From: a candidate division WOR-3 bacterium | GTDB lineage: Bacteria; Hydrothermota; 32-111 | Reading direction: 5' to 3' | Assembly (NCBI GenBank): GCA_039804105.1 | Contig: JBDRZU010000001.1 | Span: 448,001-512,000, forward strand | Length of the DNA: 64,000 nucleotides | In this document: positions 1-10,332 of the stretch, piece after piece | Numbering within the stretch: the first letter of the stretch is position 1 | Layout: every line of letters begins with the position of its first letter | The notes under the pieces: generated by a model | What the model saw: the letters and a program-made list of their open reading frames with translations, nothing else | Told to the model about the DNA's origin: nothing | Database searches by the model: none | Translations under genes and position numbers: made by a program

Positions 1-263
1 TTATCTATATATCCCCACTTGCCATTCAATTTAACTGCCGCAAGTCCTTCTGAGAAAGGCAGTGCACCATCATATTTACATTCGATCACAATTTTTTTAT
101 TCCTATCACAGAACCCCCATTTATCACCTTTTCGATACGGTATGAATTCAGGTGGTTCTGGAAGATTTTGTGCAAACAAAAAAAGTGCGTTTGAAAGTAA
201 AAACCAGAAAAATAAAATTTTAGATAAACCTGAAAAAATTGAGGCCTTTTTTAAGTTTTTCAT
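1..263 (-). CDS. WG-repeat (KWG Leptospira-type) secreted protein, partial (runs off the window start)
   Basis: Not in the ORF track. Manual translation from ATG at 263 gives MKNLKK...LFLFAQ (signal peptide), then IPYRKGDKWGFCD...KYDGALPFSEGLAAVKLNGKWGYID, which are typical WG repeats. Confidence 0.85.
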   Translation of the reverse strand, partial: MKNLKKASIFSGLSKILFFWFLLSNALFLFAQNLPEPPEFIPYRKGDKWGFCDRNKKIVIECKYDGALPFSEGLAAVKLNGKWGYID

Positions 264-482
264 AAATACCCCCATTCTTTTTTTAGGTTTATTTAATTTT
301 TGTTCTACAAATATTTTAAAAAAAATAAATAAAAAATCAACCTGATAAAAACTTTGAAAACAAATATTTGACTATGAAATTAAAATTTTGAATGTAATTG
401 ACTTTTACAATTGGATGGAACAATTAAAATAAATGTATTTTATACTGTTATAAGTTAATGGAAAGTTTTCGGATTTCTTTTT

Positions 483-558
483 TGGCTCCCCGGGAGGGAC
501 TCGAACCCCCGACCTGGTGGTTAACAGCCACTCGCTCTACCGACTGAGCTACCGAGGA
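483..558 (-). tRNA. tRNA-Asn (GTT), CCA encoded
   Basis: Reverse complement TCCTCGGTAGCTCAGTCGGTAGAGC...CTGTTAA...GGTTCGAGTCCC...GAGCCA forms a cloverleaf with anticodon GTT. Confidence 0.97.
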
Positions 559-677
559 ATGCCAAATGTAAATACCAATTTTGAAATTTATTATATTAAA
601 ACTTTACTGGTTGTCAATAGTAAAAATTTTTGTTGACTTTTTAGTTGAATCTGTTAATTTAAAAAAAAGGAGGGCTT

Positions 678-1256
678 TTGAAAAAATATACTCTTTTCTT
701 GTTTTTTGTTTTATCATTTTCACTTTTTCTTTTCTCAGAAACAATAACCTACAAAACCTATGATTTTAAAGATTTAAAAATGTCAGTGTCTGTTCCAAAA
801 AACTGGAAATTCGAAGAAGTTACAAATGATAAATTGATACAAAAGATATGGACACCAGAAAAAGAAACTTTTGGAAGTGATAAATTTTGGTTCTTTATCG
901 GAAAAGGTGTTTTAAACGATTTTACAAAAGATCCTTCAAAGGCAACAGTCGAGGAGATTGACTCTGTCCAATCTTTTATTGAATATGAGTTCCAGACCTC
1001 TTTTGAAAATCAGGGATATTTTATCGATGATGTTAAAAAATCGATAAAAACGATCAATGGAAAAAGTTTTTACTATTTTGATTTTTTACTCGGTTATGAT
1101 TATGAATATGAAGATGATATTTACACAACATATACAAAATCTTTGATATATTTTGCAAATGATATAGTGATAACTTATATAGTTGAAAGTGAATTTGTTT
1201 CAACAGATCAACAGAAAATACTCGATAAAATTCTTGGGAGTATGAAATTTTACTGA
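678..1256 (+). CDS. Secreted hypothetical protein, possibly PsbP/Mog1-like fold
   Basis: AGGAGG SD before a TTG start; signal peptide; SVSVPKNW and INGK motifs. Confidence 0.6.
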   Translation: MKKYTLFLFFVLSFSLFLFSETITYKTYDFKDLKMSVSVPKNWKFEEVTNDKLIQKIWTPEKETFGSDKFWFFIGKGVLNDFTKDPSKATVEEIDSVQSFIEYEFQTSFENQGYFIDDVKKSIKTINGKSFYYFDFLLGYDYEYEDDIYTTYTKSLIYFANDIVITYIVESEFVSTDQQKILDKILGSMKFY

Positions 1257-2368
1257 GAGAAAATATTTTTATATTTTTGCTCAAACAAAATAACCTTCTC
1301 AGTTAAACTTTTTTCATCTTTGTGTTGTAAAATTATGTCGTATAAAATTTTTATGATTTCTTTATTTTCTTTTTTCAGAAATTTTTCAAATAATCTTAAA
1401 AAATATCTAAATGACTCTTTCATTCTATCACTTTTTTTAAAACTTTCAAAAAGTGAAATAAAGTTCTTATCAATATTTTGATAAAAGTTTATTTTGACCC
1501 TTAATCTAATCGCATCTTTTAAATATTTGATCGATTTTTCATAATCCCCTTTTTTTTCATAAACAACTCCTATAGAAGCAAGATTTAAAACTTCTGTTGA
1601 ATGATCAAAAATCTCCCTTTTAATCGGTAAAGATTCAAAAAAATATTCCAAACTTTTATCGAGTTCATTTTTAAAAAGATAAATATATCCAATGTTATAA
1701 ATAACCGAAGAGAGCATCTTTTTTTCACCTATCTTCTTCAATATTTCTTTCGCTTTTTCAAGGTATAAAATTCCATTCTCATAATCTTTATTTCTTGCAT
1801 AGATCATCCCTATGTTGTTCAAAGATTGTGCCTGTGCAAGTTTATCATCGATTTCGGTTCTGACTTTTAAAGATTCAAAATAAAAATTCAAGGATTTTTC
1901 ATTATCACCTTTTACTTTATAAACAAAACCAAGATTATTCAAAACAAATCCCAGCGCTCCACCTGCTCTACTTTTTTCTCCATTTTCATTTATTTGATAC
2001 TGTTTTATCAGTATTGAATAACATTCCTGAAGAATTTCAAGTTCTCTATCATATTCGCCTTTACTTCCAAGTGCCATCGCGTATGAATTCAAACTGTTCG
2101 CATAACCGGTTAAATCATCAACAGATTTAAAAAGTTCAGACGATTTTTTTGCATATAACATCATATTATCATAATCATTTAAAATTTCATAAGCTACAAC
2201 TTTTTCCATGTAAAGTTTAGCAAGATTATCAATAAGATTATTTTTTTCTGCTACTTTTTCACCCTCTTTAACATCTTTTAGTGCTTTATCGATTTTACCT
2301 AAAAGATTGTAAACTTGAGCCCTTGCTCTTAAAGTTTCGATAAAAATTATTTCAAAATCTTTTTTCAT
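1250..2368 (-). CDS. Tetratricopeptide repeat protein
   Basis: Repeated LNNLG/LNNIG/YNIG...ALxYxxxSL helices. Start placed at MKKDF to avoid overlap with the upstream gene. Confidence 0.85.
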   Translation of the reverse strand: MKKDFEIIFIETLRARAQVYNLLGKIDKALKDVKEGEKVAEKNNLIDNLAKLYMEKVVAYEILNDYDNMMLYAKKSSELFKSVDDLTGYANSLNSYAMALGSKGEYDRELEILQECYSILIKQYQINENGEKSRAGGALGFVLNNLGFVYKVKGDNEKSLNFYFESLKVRTEIDDKLAQAQSLNNIGMIYARNKDYENGILYLEKAKEILKKIGEKKMLSSVIYNIGYIYLFKNELDKSLEYFFESLPIKREIFDHSTEVLNLASIGVVYEKKGDYEKSIKYLKDAIRLRVKINFYQNIDKNFISLFESFKKSDRMKESFRYFLRLFEKFLKKENKEIIKILYDIILQHKDEKSLTEKVILFEQKYKNIFSQ

Positions 2369-2370
2369 AA

Positions 2371-2730
2371 TCAGCATACATCAGAAATTTTATCGAGGAA
2401 ATGTTGTATCTCAACATTTCTACCCTCAGGATCTTTGATATAAAAATGGTATATTTTAAAATAGGTATTCGTTTTCAACTCAACTGTAACATAATCTTTT
2501 AACTTCTCATACATTTTTTCAACATCTTGTTTCGTTTCATAAAAGAATGTGATCACACCAGAATTTTCAACCATATCAGAATCACAAAAACCAAGCAGAA
2601 GATTTTCATATTTCAAAATCACACATTTTTTTTGATCAATAAAAACTTCCATTCCAAAATTTTCTATATAAAATTTTTTTATTTCTTGAAGATTTTTTGT
2701 TTTGAAAAAAATTATTCCCCCGTTTTTCAA
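2371..2730 (-). CDS. VOC/glyoxalase family protein
   Basis: FY...FG motif near the N-terminus and FYIKDPEGRNVEI at the C-terminus. Confidence 0.85.
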   Translation of the reverse strand: MKNGGIIFFKTKNLQEIKKFYIENFGMEVFIDQKKCVILKYENLLLGFCDSDMVENSGVITFFYETKQDVEKMYEKLKDYVTVELKTNTYFKIYHFYIKDPEGRNVEIQHFLDKISDVC

Positions 2731-4472
2731 TCTTTCTCCTTATCTATAAAAATTTTATACTCTAAATCGTTTTTGTAAAGTTCATTATGTGAGCAACATC
2801 CTTTTGCATGTTGTTGATTTAGAAATATCACTTTATCCATATATTTGATCGTTGCCAATCTATGCGATACAACTATTGTGATTGACTCTTTCAGAAATTC
2901 TTTAAGTGAATCCCATAACTTCTTTTCGTTTCCAGTATCAAGTGATGATGTTATATCATCAAAAATAAGCAGTTCAGGTTTTTTCATCAACGCTCTTGCG
3001 ATCGAAATTCTCTGCTTTTGACCACCACTTAACGATGTTCCCCTCTGTCCCACCAAAGTTTCATCCTTTAAAAGAAACCTTTTGATCTCATCTTCCATAT
3101 TAATAATTTTTAAAACTTTTTCATAATAATCTTTCTCATAATCTTCAACTCCAAACAATATGTTTTCTTTCAATGTCCCAGAGAATAATAATGGCTCTTG
3201 CAAAACAAAACCAACCTTTTCTCTATAACTTTTTAAATCTATATCCTCAAAAGGTATTCCGTTTATCAAAATTCTTCCAGATGTTGGGATGAGAAATCCA
3301 GATAAAAGATTTAAAAGAGTTGATTTCCCTGCTCCAACCTGACCAACAATTATTATCTTTTCTCCTTTATTGAACTTAAACGAAAGATTTTCAAGAATCA
3401 GATTCTTCTGGTTGTATCCGAAAGAAACATTTTCAAACTCAATATTTTCGATTTTATCGATTTTAAGATTTTTGTTTGAATTATAGATCTTTACAGGATA
3501 ATCTTTTATCTCTTCAAGTCGATCGATGTTAACAAAAGATTGTTTCCCAGATACAAAAAGTTGTGGAAGGTCAAGAACAGGATAGATCAGTATCGAAAGG
3601 TATGTATAGAACGCATAAAAAGTTCCAACAGAGATTTCCCCTTTCAAAACAAGCATTCCACCATAAAGTATCACAACGATCTGCGCAATCCTATCAATAT
3701 ATTCATAAACAAGATTTATCAATGAGTTGAGTTTTATCAGATCGATTTCTGTTTTCATCCTTATATTCAATGCTTTTTCAAAAAATCTGTTGTACTGGCT
3801 CTCTTTGTTATATGACTTAATTATTTTGATCCCTGAAAAACTCATTTCAAGTTGATTGTTGATTTCACTTATCGCTTCCTGATTCATTTTGAACGAAAGA
3901 TAGAGTTTGCTGCTTAAAAGATAAAAGAAGAGAACCATCAGAGGTATAGGTAAAACCGAAAGTAGTGTGAGTTTCCAGTTCAAGAAAAACATCACAACAA
4001 GACAGAAGAATATTTTCGAAGATGAATCGAGTGCTCGAAATATACCCGAACACAAAAACCAGCATATTTTGGGGAAATCGGAAAGATCATCAGTTAATCT
4101 TGTGACAAGATCCCCTGTTCTAAAGTTGTTAAAAAACGAATAGTCCTTTTTGAGTATATATGAAAAATATTTCATTCTAAGTTTATTTTCAAATCTGTAA
4201 TTCATAAAAGCTCTCAATGTCGGATACATTCCTGAAAAAATTCTAACGATCCCAACACCGAGAAGAAAATATACAATTCTGTATATTTCTACCATCGGAT
4301 TTTTTATTTCTATTTTTGAATTCAAAATTTTATTAAGGTTATCAAACAGGATCTTAAAAACGAATGGATAGGCAACCGTTACAAATGTTGAAAGCAAAGT
4401 GATAAAAAATAAAAGTATTAAAAATCTTTTTTCCTCTTTCCAGACTTGCCAAATCCACTTAATATGTTCCAT
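2727..4472 (-). CDS. ABC exporter, fused permease/ATPase (MdlA-like)
   Basis: TM domain with RTGDLVTRLTDD; Walker A GQVGAGKS; LSGGQKQR signature; Walker B IFDD. Confidence 0.92.
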   Translation of the reverse strand: MEHIKWIWQVWKEEKRFLILLFFITLLSTFVTVAYPFVFKILFDNLNKILNSKIEIKNPMVEIYRIVYFLLGVGIVRIFSGMYPTLRAFMNYRFENKLRMKYFSYILKKDYSFFNNFRTGDLVTRLTDDLSDFPKICWFLCSGIFRALDSSSKIFFCLVVMFFLNWKLTLLSVLPIPLMVLFFYLLSSKLYLSFKMNQEAISEINNQLEMSFSGIKIIKSYNKESQYNRFFEKALNIRMKTEIDLIKLNSLINLVYEYIDRIAQIVVILYGGMLVLKGEISVGTFYAFYTYLSILIYPVLDLPQLFVSGKQSFVNIDRLEEIKDYPVKIYNSNKNLKIDKIENIEFENVSFGYNQKNLILENLSFKFNKGEKIIIVGQVGAGKSTLLNLLSGFLIPTSGRILINGIPFEDIDLKSYREKVGFVLQEPLLFSGTLKENILFGVEDYEKDYYEKVLKIINMEDEIKRFLLKDETLVGQRGTSLSGGQKQRISIARALMKKPELLIFDDITSSLDTGNEKKLWDSLKEFLKESITIVVSHRLATIKYMDKVIFLNQQHAKGCCSHNELYKNDLEYKIFIDKEKD

Positions 4473-4473
4473 A

Positions 4474-6213
4474 TCAATCCTTTAAAATATGTTGCTTCAC
4501 AATATTTTGATATTCTTTCGATTTTTCAAGCAACTGCTTATGTGTGCCTGATGCTATTATGTTTCCATTTTCGAAAAGAAAAATCTTATCACAGTTGATA
4601 ACAGTTGATAACCTGTGTGCTATAATGATTGATGTTTTATTTTCAAGAATTCTATCAAGTGCATCGATAATTTTTTTCTCAGTCATTTCATCAATCGAAG
4701 ATGTAGCTTCATCCATTATCACAACAGATGCTTTTGAAAACACTAAAACTCTTGCCAAATTTATAAACTGTTTCTCCCCTGCTGAAATATTTCTGCCTTT
4801 CTCTTTGATCTCTCTGTATATCCCAAACTCATCACTAAGCAATGTCTCTCCATAAACATCTTTTAATGATTTTTTTACAATATCTTCAGAAATCTCTTCA
4901 TCGTATAATCTCACATTCTCAAGAATATCTCCGGGGAAAATTATTCCTTCCTGTGGAATATAAGCAAAAAGTTCTCTTAATGATTTTAAGTCATACTCTT
5001 TTAATTCAACTCCATCTATCAAAATTTTTCCTTTATAATTTTTGTAAAATCCAAGCAAAAGATTTGCAGTTGTTGTTTTACCACTTCCAGATGGACCAAC
5101 AAAAGCAACCTTTTCACCTGCTTCAATTTTAAAAGAAATATCTTTTAGTACCTGCTCCCCTTCCTTATATTCGAAAAAAACATTTTCAAACATTATATTT
5201 TGTTTTAGTTTCGTAATCTTTTTACTTCCTGAAAATGATTCTTCTGTTGGATTTTCTATTATCTTGAAAATTCTTTGTAGTGAAACAAAAGCCCTTTGAA
5301 ACATATTGAAATTTTCTGCAATCTGCATAATCGGTTCAAATAATCTCAATCCATACTGGATAAATATAACAAGTGTTCCAACAGTCAAAACTCCAGAAAA
5401 AATTTTCGGCGATATGAGTAAAATCACGATTATGATAAAAAGTGTTTCAACAAAAAATGTTTGTAAACTCCAGAACGAATATTCTATAAACGATGTTTTC
5501 GTTTCAACATTGAATTTTTCCTTCGATTTCATTTCAACAATATTTTTTATTTTTTCTTCTTTGTTAAAAAGTTGTATCACCATCATTCCCTGAATGTATT
5601 CAGTTAACTGTGCAGAAAGCTCAGCGTAAAGTTCTCTGACCTTTTTGAAAAATTTGGTCAGGTATCTGATCAAGAAAATCGAAAAAATAAAAACCAACGA
5701 TAAAGGAATAAGTAAAATTAAAGTTACAAAACTGTTTTTTAACATCAAAACTGTTATCATTCCTATAAAAAATATAATGTTCCCAAAGATCATTATCATC
5801 TGACTTGAAAATAGTTGCTTTACTCTTTCCCCATCACTTTCAACCCTTGCGATCAACTCTCCAACCTTCCTTGCATCAAAAAAACTGATTGGTAATTTTA
5901 ACATATGTGAAAAAAGATCCATTTTCAGAGATGTTATGAGTTTCAAACCAAGTCGGGCAAAGATTAAATTTTGAATGTATGTTAAAAAACCTGAGATAAT
6001 GATAACACCAACAAAAAAGGATGAATATTTTAATAGATCTGAAACACTTCCAGAAGGAATCGTTTTATCAACTATATGTGCAAGGATAAGGGGATCTACC
6101 AATCTTGAAATCGAAACGAGGATAGTGATGAGAAAACCTAATATGAAAAATAGTTTTTCTTTTTTTATGTAAAAGAATATCTTTTGAAAATAGTTTTCAT
6201 TTCTTTCTTTCAT
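4474..6213 (-). CDS. ABC exporter, fused permease/ATPase (MdlB-like heterodimer partner)
   Basis: Walker A GPSGSGKT; ISAGEKQ; MDEATS; IAHRLST. Confidence 0.92.
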   Translation of the reverse strand: MKERNENYFQKIFFYIKKEKLFFILGFLITILVSISRLVDPLILAHIVDKTIPSGSVSDLLKYSSFFVGVIIISGFLTYIQNLIFARLGLKLITSLKMDLFSHMLKLPISFFDARKVGELIARVESDGERVKQLFSSQMIMIFGNIIFFIGMITVLMLKNSFVTLILLIPLSLVFIFSIFLIRYLTKFFKKVRELYAELSAQLTEYIQGMMVIQLFNKEEKIKNIVEMKSKEKFNVETKTSFIEYSFWSLQTFFVETLFIIIVILLISPKIFSGVLTVGTLVIFIQYGLRLFEPIMQIAENFNMFQRAFVSLQRIFKIIENPTEESFSGSKKITKLKQNIMFENVFFEYKEGEQVLKDISFKIEAGEKVAFVGPSGSGKTTTANLLLGFYKNYKGKILIDGVELKEYDLKSLRELFAYIPQEGIIFPGDILENVRLYDEEISEDIVKKSLKDVYGETLLSDEFGIYREIKEKGRNISAGEKQFINLARVLVFSKASVVIMDEATSSIDEMTEKKIIDALDRILENKTSIIIAHRLSTVINCDKIFLFENGNIIASGTHKQLLEKSKEYQNIVKQHILKD

Positions 6214-6287
6214 TTTAAGAATTATATAATTTGTGAAAATTATTACAACATATTTGATTTTTTTGATATTTTTTGTAAAATAATTGT

Positions 6288-8957
6288 ATGGGAGAAAATA
6301 AAAATATTTATAATCTTTTTGTCCCCGATATCTTTAAACAACTGAAAAACGAAAGTAAAATTTTTGATTCTTTTAACTGCTCTTCAATCTTTGTCGATAT
6401 TTCAGGATTCACAGCGATGAGTGAGAAACTTTCAAAACTTGGGAAAGAAGGATCAGAAGAGGTTAACAAAATTTTAAACTCTTATTTTGAAAATCTTGTA
6501 AAAATTACTTATTCGTATGGTGGTGATATTTATCGATTCGCCGGAGATGCTTTTTTTGCAATTTTCAAAGAGGATAACAAATTTTCATTAGATTCAAGAG
6601 AGAGAAGTTTGAACTGTTCTTATGATATTTTAAAGTATGTGAAAAAGAATGAGAATATAAAAACAAAAAATGGAAAGTTCAAAATCGGAGTTCATATATC
6701 ACTTGATTATGGAAAGGTGAACTTTTTTGATTTAAAATCAACATTTTTTGCAGGTGGTAAACCTTTAAACAAACTTATAGAACTATCCGACATTGCTAAA
6801 AAAGGTGAAATTATAACCACAACAGAGTTTAAAGAAGTAAAAAATTTTGTTTTCGAATCTGAAGGTGATTACTATAAAGTTTTGAGAAGAAAAAAGACCT
6901 CAAAATTCCAGATAGATCAGGATAAAAAAAATTTTCACGAAAACATTTTAGATGATTACATCCCTGTTTGGCTGAAGGAAAGGTTAAAATTAAAAAACAC
7001 TATTGATAGCAAGGATGGGGAACATAGAAAAATTTCTGTTATTTTCATACATCTGCCTCAAATTGACTATGAAAATGAACAGGAAAAAAGTTTACAATTT
7101 TTAAAAAACTATTACGAGATTATAAAAGAGTACTGTGAAAAATATGAGGGTATAATAACAAGCATAGATCCATACAAAGATGGAGAGAGATTTTTAATAA
7201 TATTTGGTTTCCCCAAAACCTATGAGGACTCTGAAATAAGATCTCTACTATTTTTAAACGATTTAAAACATGACTCAAGAATAGATTTTTCAAAACTCAA
7301 GGCAGGTGTGAATTCTGATTATGTTTTCGTTTCAATAATCGGAGGAAAAGAACGATATGAGTACACTGTTCTTGGAGATGGAGTTAACCTTGCTGCAAGA
7401 ATCGCAGCAAAATCGGAAACTGGACTTGTTTTGGTAAGTGAGAATATTTTTAATAAAACATACCATTATTTCAATTTCAAAAATTTTGGAGATCTTGAAC
7501 TGAAAGGAAAAGAAAAAAAAGAAAAGACATTTATACTTGAAAATAAAAAGGAATTGAAAAAAGAGAATATCACAAGATGGATATCACAAACGGAAAAAAT
7601 AATTGGAAGAGATCAAGAGATAAAAAGAATTGAAGAAACTTTTTCAAAAGTCAAAAATGGAAACGGATACATACTTTCAATAAGTGGAGAACCTGGAATC
7701 GGAAAATCAAGGCTCGTTGAAGAGATGATTAAAATTTCATCTGAAAATGAATTTTTAATTTTTAAAGGAGAATGCTTTTCCTATGGAAGTTCATTTTCAT
7801 ACCATCCATGGATTGAAATCTTGAAGGAAATTTTTGATTTAAAGCCCACCGATGATAGTTCAGCAAAAGAACAAAAGATTTTAAAATCTCTTGAAAATTT
7901 TGATCAGGAATTAAAAGAATGGGCTGCATTATTTGGGGAACTTTTAGGAATAACATTTCACGACCAATCAAACTTGAAATATCTCGATACAAAACTGAAA
8001 AAACAAAAAACTTTTGATGTTATAACCAAACTCCTATTGGAACTCTCAATGAAAAAACCTTTAAACATTATACTTGAGGATTTCCACTGGGCTGATTCAA
8101 TATCTTTTGAACTTTTCAATTTTGTTTCGAATAAAATTTCAGATCACAAAATTCTTTTAACTCTTGTTTACAGACCATCAAAGGATCTTGAGAATGCAGA
8201 AAAAAAATTCCAAACTGAAAAGATAGTGTTAAAAGAATTATCAAAAGAGGACTCTTTAAAACTCGTTAAAAACTTGCTCAACATTGAAAACATCTCCGAA
8301 AATTTTAAAGAACTGATCATCAAGAAATCTCAAGGAAATCCATTCTATATCGAGGAACTTGTGAAATCATTGATAGAACAGGGATATATAGAAGAAGCAG
8401 AAAATCAGTGGGAATTTAAGGGTGATATAGAACAACTCGTTCTTCCTGAAAGTGTTGAGTCGATCATCCAATCAAGAATAGATACTCTCGATTTTACAGA
8501 TCGAGATGTTATACAAACAGCATCAGTTTTAGGCAGAGAGGTTGACCTTGATATACTTGAAAACATTTATGAGAACAAAAAATTGTTAGAAGAGTCATTA
8601 AAAAATCTCGAAAGGTTTGATCTGATAAAAAAAAGTGAAACAGGTAAAAACACTTACTATTTTAAGCATATCCTGACACAGGAGGTTGCTTATGGAACAT
8701 TGTCGTTTGCAAAAAAAGAGGAGTTGCACAACAGAATAGGAAACTTTATTGAGGAAAAATATATAGATAATCTTGATGATTTCTATGAACTATTATCACA
8801 TCATTATTTTCATGCTAAAAATTATGAAAAATCCTTGCTTTACTCATATCACGCAGGAGAAAAAGCAAAAAAGATATATGCGAATGAGGATGCTATAAAA
8901 TATTTTACAAGAGCGATAGATTCCTATAAAAATTTAAAGAAAAATGTTACAAGGTAA
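6288..8957 (+). CDS. Tandem class III adenylate/guanylate cyclase domains plus STAND/AAA ATPase
   Basis: FVDISGFT...FAGDA (domain 1); EYTVLGDGVNLAARI (domain 2); GEPGIGKS Walker A; LEDFHWAD Walker B; GNPFYIEE. Confidence 0.9.
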   Translation: MGENKNIYNLFVPDIFKQLKNESKIFDSFNCSSIFVDISGFTAMSEKLSKLGKEGSEEVNKILNSYFENLVKITYSYGGDIYRFAGDAFFAIFKEDNKFSLDSRERSLNCSYDILKYVKKNENIKTKNGKFKIGVHISLDYGKVNFFDLKSTFFAGGKPLNKLIELSDIAKKGEIITTTEFKEVKNFVFESEGDYYKVLRRKKTSKFQIDQDKKNFHENILDDYIPVWLKERLKLKNTIDSKDGEHRKISVIFIHLPQIDYENEQEKSLQFLKNYYEIIKEYCEKYEGIITSIDPYKDGERFLIIFGFPKTYEDSEIRSLLFLNDLKHDSRIDFSKLKAGVNSDYVFVSIIGGKERYEYTVLGDGVNLAARIAAKSETGLVLVSENIFNKTYHYFNFKNFGDLELKGKEKKEKTFILENKKELKKENITRWISQTEKIIGRDQEIKRIEETFSKVKNGNGYILSISGEPGIGKSRLVEEMIKISSENEFLIFKGECFSYGSSFSYHPWIEILKEIFDLKPTDDSSAKEQKILKSLENFDQELKEWAALFGELLGITFHDQSNLKYLDTKLKKQKTFDVITKLLLELSMKKPLNIILEDFHWADSISFELFNFVSNKISDHKILLTLVYRPSKDLENAEKKFQTEKIVLKELSKEDSLKLVKNLLNIENISENFKELIIKKSQGNPFYIEELVKSLIEQGYIEEAENQWEFKGDIEQLVLPESVESIIQSRIDTLDFTDRDVIQTASVLGREVDLDILENIYENKKLLEESLKNLERFDLIKKSETGKNTYYFKHILTQEVAYGTLSFAKKEELHNRIGNFIEEKYIDNLDDFYELLSHHYFHAKNYEKSLLYSYHAGEKAKKIYANEDAIKYFTRAIDSYKNLKKNVTR

Positions 8958-10332
8958 TGATCTAAAAGTTCTATATATAAAATCATTGATTTTAAGATCA
9001 GATGTCTATTCGCTGATTTCTGATAATAAAAATGCTTTAAAAGATATTAACGAAGCAAATAAAGAGATAAAAAAATTCAATGATCTGAAACTTCTTACAG
9101 ATATATTAATTCAGGAAAGTCAAATATACTTTTCACTTTCAAATTATGAAAAATCAAAAGTTCTGATTTTAAAAGCACAGAATCTCTCAAAAAAAAGAAA
9201 AGACAAATACGATCTTGCAAAATGTTATAATAGATTGGGTAACATATACAACTTAACAGGTGATTATAAAAAAAGTTTAAAATATTATTTAAAATCACTT
9301 GAAATTGCAAAAAACTTAAAACAACTTGAAGGGATAAGCGGAAGATACAATAATATTGGGTCAATCTATTACTATCTTGGAAACAACAAAAAAGCACTTG
9401 AGTATTATAAAAAATCACTCGAAATAAAATTGAAATTCAATGAGCCAAAAAGCATCGCTGTTACCTATAACAATATTGCAGTTGTCTATGAGAATTTGAA
9501 CGAATATAAGAAAGCTCTTGAATATTTTTTAAAAACAAAAGAATTACTTGAAAAAATTGGTTCTCCACTTGAAAAAGCAAGAAATCTTACAAACATTGGG
9601 AATATATACCTCGATATGGAAAAGTATGATAACGCACTCGAACTTTTTGAACAAGCAAAAAACATACAGGAAGAAATAAACGATAAACATGGTTTAACAC
9701 TCTCATATTACAACATTGCAACTGCAAAAACATATAAAGGAAATATCGATCAGGCAATAGAATTTTTAGAAAAATCTAATGAGATTGCAAATGAAGTAAA
9801 AGATTTAAGAAGATTGGGAATAAATCTTGTGGATATGGGATATCTTTACTTTGAACTCGAAGATTTAAAAAAAGTTGAAGAAATTTTAAAACAGGTTTTC
9901 TTTTATGTTAAAAAAGTTAACATTCCAGATCTGACTTTATGGTATCAAAATCTTTCAACAGAACTCTTTTTGAAGAAAAAGAATTTAAAAAAGGCTGAAA
10001 ATTTTTTGAAGTTATCTGAAAAAGTTTTAAAAAAATTCAATATTGAAAAAGAAAAAGCAAGATTTTTGGTTACAAAATCTAAATTCCTTGCTGCAAAAGG
10101 AGATTTTCAAACCGCAATAAATGAGATTAAAGAAGGTATGAAAATCTATCAAAAGATAAAAGACAATTTCAGTTTTTACAAATCATACATTGTTCTTTTA
10201 ACATACCTCTCACAAAAAGATAAAAAACTTTTTTCTGAGAAAGATTTCAAAAAAATAAAAAAATATTTTAAGAGTATTGATAATAAATTTTTTATAACTA
10301 AAATTGAATCACTTGAAAAGGAGTTGTTATGA
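8944..10332 (+). CDS. TPR protein, probable sensor module of the upstream cyclase-ATPase
   Basis: Multiple YNNIG/YNNIA TPR repeats; overlaps the upstream gene by 14 nt. Confidence 0.88.
   Translation: MLQGNDLKVLYIKSLILRSDVYSLISDNKNALKDINEANKEIKKFNDLKLLTDILIQESQIYFSLSNYEKSKVLILKAQNLSKKRKDKYDLAKCYNRLGNIYNLTGDYKKSLKYYLKSLEIAKNLKQLEGISGRYNNIGSIYYYLGNNKKALEYYKKSLEIKLKFNEPKSIAVTYNNIAVVYENLNEYKKALEYFLKTKELLEKIGSPLEKARNLTNIGNIYLDMEKYDNALELFEQAKNIQEEINDKHGLTLSYYNIATAKTYKGNIDQAIEFLEKSNEIANEVKDLRRLGINLVDMGYLYFELEDLKKVEEILKQVFFYVKKVNIPDLTLWYQNLSTELFLKKKNLKKAENFLKLSEKVLKKFNIEKEKARFLVTKSKFLAAKGDFQTAINEIKEGMKIYQKIKDNFSFYKSYIVLLTYLSQKDKKLFSEKDFKKIKKYFKSIDNKFFITKIESLEKELL

Noticed and set aside
19..345. Track ORF of 108 aa on the plus strand
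   Set aside because: Shadow of the minus-strand WG-repeat gene (1-263).
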